64,000 nt of DNA from Deinococcota bacterium (GTDB lineage Bacteria; Deinococcota; Deinococci; Deinococcales; Thermaceae). Numbering within the stretch: position 1 is the stretch's first letter; every line of letters begins with the position of its first letter. Under the pieces are notes generated by a model. It saw nothing but the letters and a program-made list of their open reading frames with translations. It did no database searches and had not been told where the DNA came from. The position numbers were made by a program, and so were the translations under genes. The stretch is taken from positions 64,001-128,000 of the forward strand of contig JBGFRI010000035.1 in the NCBI GenBank assembly GCA_041695225.1, read 5' to 3'. This document shows, one piece after another, positions 57,899 to 64,000 of the stretch.

Positions 57899-58300
57899 CT
57901 AGCCTACGAGCTTCCGATGCACCACCATCAAACAGCGATCCTGCACTACCTGCATCCCCGCCTGCTGCAGGGTCTCGGCAAACCCGTCGTGGATAATTCC
58001 CGACTGCAACCAGACCAGCCGGGGCCGGACGTGCAGGATTTCCTCGAGGTGGTCGGGCAGGGCCTGGCTGCGGCGAAACACGTTCAGGATGTCTACTGGT
58101 TCGCCCAGGTCGGTCAGCCTGCTAACCACGGTCTGCCCCCAGAGTTCCTGCCCCGCATAGCCCGGATTGACCGGAAGGAGCTTATACCCCTTGCGATGCA
58201 GATAGTCGGGCACATAAAAAGCCGGTTTGTTGGGGTTGGGGTGGGCACCCAAGACCGCTACCGTGCGGGTCGAAAGCAGAAAGTCCAGCAGGTGCTCCAA
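57899..58300 (-). CDS. CoA-binding protein (YccU-like)
   Basis: VAVLGA, PVNP, VDILNVFRR, WLQSGI and VVQDRC motifs; GGAGG RBS before TTG 58300. Confidence 0.88.
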   Translation of the reverse strand: MEHLLDFLLSTRTVAVLGAHPNPNKPAFYVPDYLHRKGYKLLPVNPGYAGQELWGQTVVSRLTDLGEPVDILNVFRRSQALPDHLEEILHVRPRLVWLQSGIIHDGFAETLQQAGMQVVQDRCLMVVHRKLVG

Positions 58301-58301
58301 A

Positions 58302-58871
58302 CTAACCTCCTTCTTGCTGCTGCAGCAGCTCGGCAATTTCGTGGTGGCCGGCCTCGAGGGCCATCTGCAAGGCGGTTTTACCCTGGTAGTTCTGCCAGCT
58401 CAGGTCGGGGCTGGTCTGATCCAGCAGCCAGCGCACCAGCCCCAGATCACCCCGGCCAACGGCCAGGCTCAGGGCCATGCTGCTTCCTTCTTGAGCCCCG
58501 TACGCCCAGACCAGCTCGAGCATCTCTTCCTTACCCGAAAGTGCGGCGTGGGGCAGCAATGCAATGCCGTGGGCGCTCTTATGGGCTGCCCGCGCGGGGT
58601 TTTCCTCGAGCATCTGCTGCACGGTCCGGGTATCCCCCAGCATGGCAGCCGTCGAAATTTCCAGCGGTGCGCCCCGGGCCAGAAGATACTCCACGATGAC
58701 CCGGCTGCCCACATGGGCCGCTCCCTGGATGGCGGTTTCGGTGTCGCCGGGCCGCCACTGGTGGGCCTGATTCAAGAGTTCGGGGGTTTCGTTCAGCATA
58801 GCCTGGACCCTGGCCAGGTCGCCATGACCGGCCATGACAAACTCGCGGATGCGCTCGGGGGAGAGGCTCAT
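58302..58871 (-). CDS. Ankyrin-repeat protein
   Basis: ETAIQGAAHVG, LLARGA and GKTALQMALEAGHHEIAELL motifs. Confidence 0.85.
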   Translation of the reverse strand: MSLSPERIREFVMAGHGDLARVQAMLNETPELLNQAHQWRPGDTETAIQGAAHVGSRVIVEYLLARGAPLEISTAAMLGDTRTVQQMLEENPARAAHKSAHGIALLPHAALSGKEEMLELVWAYGAQEGSSMALSLAVGRGDLGLVRWLLDQTSPDLSWQNYQGKTALQMALEAGHHEIAELLQQQEGG

Positions 58872-59111
58872 GCCTCGAGTCTACCCCCTTGAGGTAGTTG
58901 CAGGTTGCAATGCCTGCAGTGGTCTGGTAACAAAGCATTAAGCTCGCATACCCTCCCACGCCATCAATCTTCGCAGAGCTGCCAGGGAGATCTGAGACAC
59001 AACACCCGCCCAGAGAAATACGACCTGCGACCTGAGGGGTGCAGTATTTTTAAGGGCATCCACCGGTCTAAAAATAAGTTACTTACCAAACCCTAAGCTG
59101 GCCCAAAGGGC

Positions 59112-60035
59112 TCATTTTGGAGAGCTAAATCGCTCGGGGTGAGCGGCCTGGTACATCCGCCAGGAGTCCCAGTCACGGGGAAGGTTTTGACCCTTCGACC
59201 ACGCCCAGAAGTTCATCAGCAGCGAGCGGGCGGTGCGGGTCTCTTGGTAGTAAATCTCGGCCCCGAGGCCCCCTTCTTCCATCAGGCCCGAGTCGTAATA
59301 GGTTTGCAGCGCAGCCTGTAAGTTGTAGGGAATTTGACGGAAATCCACCTGAAGATGGTTTTCACCTATTTCTACCACCGCGTATTGTGCGCGCACGTCG
59401 CCGTTGAAAGGGGCTCCCACTGCCCCGCTGTTCAGTACCAGGGCCTCGCCCAACGGGTACATGTAGGTGCGGTGGGTATGCGACCCCACCAGCAGCCGGG
59501 CCGGGTAGTCTTCACTGATTTCGGTAAGGATGCCCGGAGTCTGGTGTTCATCGTAGCCCTCTCGGTAGTGGCGGGGTGAGCCATGGGTTGCCCGTACCAG
59601 AACCCTTTCGCCAATCCCCTCTGCTTGCTCCAGCCCAAAGACCCGCCGGGGGAATTCCTCGATGGCAACCTGAAAGGGCAGGCTGCCCACCCAGTCCAGG
59701 TGGGCCTGGGGGAGCTGGGCCACCGACCAGGCGGTGGGTTCAAACAAGGGATCGTTGTAGAGTTCGGCCAGAGCAGGGTCGCGCCGGGCCCATCTGGCCA
59801 CCAGATCGTCGTGGTTGCCCAGGGTGAACCAGAAGCCCTCGGGTGCGAGGGCGTGCCCCTGCCTGGAAGATTTGAGGTCGAGCAAGCACTCCACCACTTC
59901 GCGGCTGGAAGGCCCCCGGTTTACGAGGTCGCCATTGACGACCACCAGATGGGCTCTAACCTGCCCCAGATCGGCCAGAACGGCCTCGAGCGCCGGAAGA
60001 TTGCCGTGGATGTCCGACAAGACCGCAATGCGCAT
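59112..60035 (-). CDS. Metallophosphoesterase (calcineurin-like)
   Basis: SDIHGN, GDLVNRGP, GNHD, HGSP, SHTH and NSGAVG motifs. Confidence 0.9.
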   Translation of the reverse strand: MRIAVLSDIHGNLPALEAVLADLGQVRAHLVVVNGDLVNRGPSSREVVECLLDLKSSRQGHALAPEGFWFTLGNHDDLVARWARRDPALAELYNDPLFEPTAWSVAQLPQAHLDWVGSLPFQVAIEEFPRRVFGLEQAEGIGERVLVRATHGSPRHYREGYDEHQTPGILTEISEDYPARLLVGSHTHRTYMYPLGEALVLNSGAVGAPFNGDVRAQYAVVEIGENHLQVDFRQIPYNLQAALQTYYDSGLMEEGGLGAEIYYQETRTARSLLMNFWAWSKGQNLPRDWDSWRMYQAAHPERFSSPK

Positions 60036-60154
60036 GCTGCTAAGGTGCGCCCGCATAAGGTGTACAAGCGGGCTTTGAAACATAGATTAACTGCGGGTGT
60101 TTGTCCCGAGCGGCTTGAGGTCGGTGCTTTTTGCCAAACATAGTCGAGAGCAAC

Positions 60155-60376
60155 TTAGTCTCCTGGGGGTGCGAAGGGGTTTCCTTGAATGGTGATGAGG
60201 CCGGTAGCCAGGGCCACCACGGCCAGCAGGCTGACTACGCTGAGGGCCAGCAGCAGCAGCCAGAAAAAATCCCGCAGGCCCCATAACGGCGAGGTTTTAG
60301 GGGTTTGGCGTAGCACCAGAAAACCCGCCAGGGCGATTACCCACAGAAATGCCAGCACCAAAAGCGCTCTGCCCAC
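60155..60376 (-). CDS. Small two-TM membrane protein
   Basis: 73 aa with two hydrophobic helices; co-oriented with its neighbours. Confidence 0.6.
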   Translation of the reverse strand: MGRALLVLAFLWVIALAGFLVLRQTPKTSPLWGLRDFFWLLLLALSVVSLLAVVALATGLITIQGNPFAPPGD

Positions 60377-60463
60377 TGCTTGTCCAGGATAGCAGTCAAA
60401 CCCAGTTCCAAATAGAAGGGGGCCAACCTTTGTTGCAAAGATGCCCAGATCAGCCTGGTGCGT

Positions 60464-61861
60464 TCACTTGCCTTCCGAATTATCGGGGTTTTCCTGATCA
60501 CCCGGGCTGGACTCGCCTGAACCAGCACCGGAGGTACCACTTCCAGGCGGCGGTGGAGGGGGGGTGGGGGTACGCGGCGGGTTGGTGGGTGGCGGGGCTT
60601 GTCCCGCGCTTACGCTGGCCCAGGCATAGGAGGAGCGGAGCAAGTCCAGATCTTTTTGATCTACCACCCCGTCGCTGTTGAGATCGCCCTCCAGCTTTTG
60701 GGCTTCGGGGGCTGGAGCCGGCTGGCCCTGGGGCTGTGCTGCTGGAGTACCGGCGGGTGGGGTGGGTTGGGTTTGTTCGGCCTGGGAGGATTGTGCCTGC
60801 CCAGGTTGGGGAGGCTGCGCCTGCCCAGGTTGGGGAGGCTGCGCTGGGTTGGGGGAGGTGGGTTGCTCGGTGGGGGTACCCTGAGCAGTACCAGGGGGGC
60901 TGGCAGCCTGGTTTTCGGTGGTGGGAGCGGTGGGGCGTCCCTGATCTCCAGGCTGGCCCTGGGGCGGGGTGGTTGGGTTGTTGGCAGGGGATTGCGGGGC
61001 GGTTGCTGCGGGAGCCTGGGGGGTGGCAGGGGTGGTCGTGTTGGGGGTTGCCGGGGTCAGGCGGCGGCCCCAGTTACGGGCGATGGCCTCGAGGTCACTA
61101 AACCTGAACCGGCCCTCGCTGGCGGTCCGCTCAATGGCCTGGGCATTGCCCGCAAGCCTGCCATTGCGGTCGTAGAAGGCCACCCTGGTCTCACGGAAAC
61201 TTGCATCGGGCCGTACTCTTTTGTCCGGTAGGGGGGTGGCCGTAAAGCGGAAGACTTCCAGGTCTCGGCGGGGTCGGGTGAAGGCCGCATCAATATCCAA
61301 GAGACCGCTCTCTTCGTTGTAGCGAATTACGTACAGTACGTTGGAATCCGCTTTGAAGCTATCCAGGGCGGTTTTGAGATCTCTCAGGCGAATCTGAGCC
61401 TGAAATCCCCTGGCCTCTCGGTCACGTACCCGGAACAAATACGGGAAGGGGTCGGAGACCTCAGCCAACGGAAAGACCTGGTCGAGCCGGGGAGGCGGGG
61501 TATCACCGATGTTCAGGGTCACTTTCTGGGTGCGGCTGGAGAGGTTGGCATCCTCTACGCTAATGATTAGCTCAAAAGTACCCCGCTCCTGAGGGGTGCC
61601 ACTGATACGCCCGTTGCTAAAACTAAGGCCTCTGGGCAGGCTGCCCTCGAGGTTAAACCGGTAGGGCCGGATACCGCCATCCGCCGTGAGGGTGGTGTTG
61701 TAGGGTTCGTCCACAAAGCCCGTGTCGAAGCGGGCCGTCAGGCGCAGAGGCTGGCGGTTCTGGTCGTTCTGACTGTCCGCACCGCAAGAAACCAGCATCA
61801 GACTCAGGGACAGTAGCGAGCCGGTTAGTGCGACCTTTCCCCATCTGGGCAGCCGGAGCAT
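60464..61861 (-). CDS. Lipoprotein with putative Ig (He_PIG) domain, Pro/Gln/Thr linker and dockerin/EF-hand-like motif
   Basis: LVSC lipobox; GG.RPY.F..GSLP.GL...G.ISGTP; GDLNSDGVVDQKDL. Confidence 0.75.
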   Translation of the reverse strand: MLRLPRWGKVALTGSLLSLSLMLVSCGADSQNDQNRQPLRLTARFDTGFVDEPYNTTLTADGGIRPYRFNLEGSLPRGLSFSNGRISGTPQERGTFELIISVEDANLSSRTQKVTLNIGDTPPPRLDQVFPLAEVSDPFPYLFRVRDREARGFQAQIRLRDLKTALDSFKADSNVLYVIRYNEESGLLDIDAAFTRPRRDLEVFRFTATPLPDKRVRPDASFRETRVAFYDRNGRLAGNAQAIERTASEGRFRFSDLEAIARNWGRRLTPATPNTTTPATPQAPAATAPQSPANNPTTPPQGQPGDQGRPTAPTTENQAASPPGTAQGTPTEQPTSPNPAQPPQPGQAQPPQPGQAQSSQAEQTQPTPPAGTPAAQPQGQPAPAPEAQKLEGDLNSDGVVDQKDLDLLRSSYAWASVSAGQAPPPTNPPRTPTPPPPPPGSGTSGAGSGESSPGDQENPDNSEGK

Positions 61862-62031
61862 GGTTATAGTTTAGGCTTCAACATGAACCTTCGTTGTGAA
61901 AATAGCCTGGATGTTACTCATGGCTGGCAAATAATGCCTAGATTTACGCATAATCCCGGCCCTGGGAAACCTCGAGCCAGGGTTTACTGACAAGCAGCAG
62001 CACAGGGTTAATCTTCTGTATAGTGTGGGGC

Positions 62032-62580
62032 ATGAGTGTTAAGCCCGACTGGTGGATACGTGAAAAGGCCCAGCAAGGCATGATTGAGCCTTTTGAGGAA
62101 CGCCTGGTGCGCGATGGGGTGATTAGCTATGGGCTCTCGAGCTTTGGCTACGACCTGCGGGCTGCCAGGGAGTGGAAGATTTTTGCCAACGTATTCAATA
62201 CCATCGCCGACCCCAAGGGTCTCGACCCCAAGAGTTTCGTGGATTTCGAGGGCGATCAGGTCATCATCCCTCCGAACTCTTTCGTGCTGGCCCGCAGCAT
62301 GGAGTATATCCGGATGCCCGACAATGTTCTGGCCATTGCCATTGGCAAAAGCACCTATGCCCGGGTGGGTATTGTGGCCAACATCACCCCTCTCGAGCCC
62401 GGCTGGGAGGGGCATGTGACCCTCGAGTTCTCCAACACCACCCCCCTTCCGGCCAAAATGTACGGCGGAGAAGGCGTGGTGCAGCTGGTCTTTTTCGAGG
62501 GGGAACGCCCCGAAGTGACCTATGGTGACCGCAAGGGCAAGTACCAGGGCCAGCGCGGAATTACCTTGCCTCGAATCTAA
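62032..62580 (+). CDS. dcd: dCTP deaminase
   Basis: [28 protein letters not shown] and GKYQGQ.G.TLP motifs. Confidence 0.95.
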   Translation: MSVKPDWWIREKAQQGMIEPFEERLVRDGVISYGLSSFGYDLRAAREWKIFANVFNTIADPKGLDPKSFVDFEGDQVIIPPNSFVLARSMEYIRMPDNVLAIAIGKSTYARVGIVANITPLEPGWEGHVTLEFSNTTPLPAKMYGGEGVVQLVFFEGERPEVTYGDRKGKYQGQRGITLPRI

Positions 62581-62621
62581 CCCGCTGGCGAGTTCTGGTC
62601 GGCGCGGGTAGACTATCCCGG

Positions 62622-63287
62622 ATGCGGATCGCCCTGATTGTTGTCGCCCTGTTGACCCTGGCAGGTATGGCACTGTTCCTGCTTCAGGGAAGGGGTGGAC
62701 TTCCCAGTATCGCGAACGAGCGCAGTTTTGGAGGAAACATGGAAGCCCTGCCCTACCAATCAGACCAGCCCGTCACCAGGTTTGCCAGAGCCGAGCAGGT
62801 GATTGACCCTGCCAAATTCGACTACTTCGCCGAGATCGAGACCACCCAGGGCAAGATTGGAATTGACCTTTTCGAAACCGAAGCGCCCAACACGGTTAAC
62901 TCCTTTGTCTTTCTGGCCCTCAATCGTTACTTCGAGGGCATCGTGTTCCACCGGGTGATCCCGGGTTTTGTGGCCCAGACCGGCGACCCCACCGGCACCG
63001 GCACCGGCGGCCCAGGCTACCAGTTTGGCCTCGAGGTCAACCCCAGGCTCAACTTCGACAAAAAAGGTGTGCTGGGCATGGCCCGCACCATGGATCCCAA
63101 CTCCAATGGCTCGCAATTTTTCATCACCTTTGGCCCCACCCCCAACCTCAACCAGCAGTACACGGTTTTTGGCCAGGTGGTGGAGGGAATGGGCGCGGTG
63201 GAGAGCATCGCCCCCACCGAAGGCCCCCAGCGCCGGCCCGACCGCGACCAGATCGTATCGGTGAAGATCTTTGCCAGGGGCAAATAG
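62622..63287 (+). CDS. Cyclophilin-type peptidyl-prolyl isomerase with N-terminal membrane anchor
   Basis: APNTVNSF, FHRVIPGFVAQTGDP, MAR, NGSQFFIT and YTVFGQV motifs. Confidence 0.93.
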   Translation: MRIALIVVALLTLAGMALFLLQGRGGLPSIANERSFGGNMEALPYQSDQPVTRFARAEQVIDPAKFDYFAEIETTQGKIGIDLFETEAPNTVNSFVFLALNRYFEGIVFHRVIPGFVAQTGDPTGTGTGGPGYQFGLEVNPRLNFDKKGVLGMARTMDPNSNGSQFFITFGPTPNLNQQYTVFGQVVEGMGAVESIAPTEGPQRRPDRDQIVSVKIFARGK

Positions 63288-63342
63288 CCTATAGCTGATA
63301 GCTAAAAACTCTGCTTCCGGCTAATAGCTATCAACTATCAGC
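63287..63342. repeat. Heptamer-repeat cassette filling the ppi-hisZ gap
   Basis: GCCTATA GCTGATA GCTAAAA ... TTCCGGC TAATAGC TATCAAC TATCAGC, immediately followed by ATG. Confidence 0.85.
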
Positions 63343-64000
63343 ATGATTCCCGAAGGCACCCGCTACTATCTACCCCCCGAAGCCCGCCTGCGCCGCGAAC
63401 TGCAGGAGCGGCTGGCAGGACTGCTGTATGGCTGGGGGTACGAGCCGGTGGAGTTACCTGCGCTGGAAGTCTACGATCCCCAGCACCCCCTGGCGGAGCG
63501 CTCGTTCAAGCTGGTGGACAAGTCCGGCGAGGTGCTGGCGTTGCGCTCGGAGTTCACCACAGCGGTGGCCGGGCTTTTGCGCAGCAACGGTCGGCTTACC
63601 TCTGGTCAGCCAGAGCGAATGCAGTATGCCGGAACCCTCTGGCTGCGGGAGGCCAATGCGGAGTTGGGTCGAAGCCGCGAGTTTAGCCAGGTGGGGGCCG
63701 AGCTGATTGGGGTCTCGAGCCCCCAGGCCGATGCCGAGGTGCTGGAACTGGCCTGGGAGGCATTGCGGCTGATTGGTTTTTCCGAGGCCAAAATTGAAGT
63801 GGGGCTGCCCGCGCTGGTGCGGGATTTGCTGGATTCGACAGGTTTATCGGAGGTGCAGCAAGAGCTGTTGCGCCAGGCCATCCACCGCAAAAACAGCCCC
63901 GAACTGGGTTCTTTGCTGAAGGAGTACCAGGTTCATCCCGGTTTGCAACAAGCGATTCTGGCCCTACCCGACCTTTATGGGGGGCGTGGGGTGTTGGAGG
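63343..64000 (+). CDS. hisZ: ATP phosphoribosyltransferase regulatory subunit, 3' truncated by window edge (absent from ORF track)
   Basis: [48 protein letters not shown] and ADAEVL motifs. Confidence 0.88.
   Translation, partial: MIPEGTRYYLPPEARLRRELQERLAGLLYGWGYEPVELPALEVYDPQHPLAERSFKLVDKSGEVLALRSEFTTAVAGLLRSNGRLTSGQPERMQYAGTLWLREANAELGRSREFSQVGAELIGVSSPQADAEVLELAWEALRLIGFSEAKIEVGLPALVRDLLDSTGLSEVQQELLRQAIHRKNSPELGSLLKEYQVHPGLQQAILALPDLYGGRGVLE

Overview
This is a ~60% GC chromosomal window from a Deinococcota (Thermaceae, most likely Meiothermus-like) bacterium. The assignment rests on SdrP, GdhA/GdhB, small GidA and DdrC homologues and on many -10-only (leaderless) gene starts. About 55 housekeeping, metabolic and stress genes are present: def-fmt, an RqkA-like kinase, a UvrD-like helicase, two PQQ sugar dehydrogenases, GS-I and GS-III, an nrtR-nadM-nadV NAD salvage operon, a DinB cluster, ddrC, speA, mutY, dcd and hisZ. 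There is also one tRNA-Ile2(CAT), a hicA pseudogene, and IS3 and integrase remnants. No CRISPR array or intact mobile element was found. The most striking unexplained signal is a family of more than 12 dispersed 7-bp-period repeat cassettes. They share a GYYNMWR unit and a strict polarity (forward arm, AGCT or GTC-AAAA-GAC centre, reverse arm), and some sit in frame inside genes. Other highlights are ddrC with an RDRM-like operator, several candidate structured RNA leaders, and strong over-representation of CTCGAG. All protein calls come from motif recognition by eye, not database searches.
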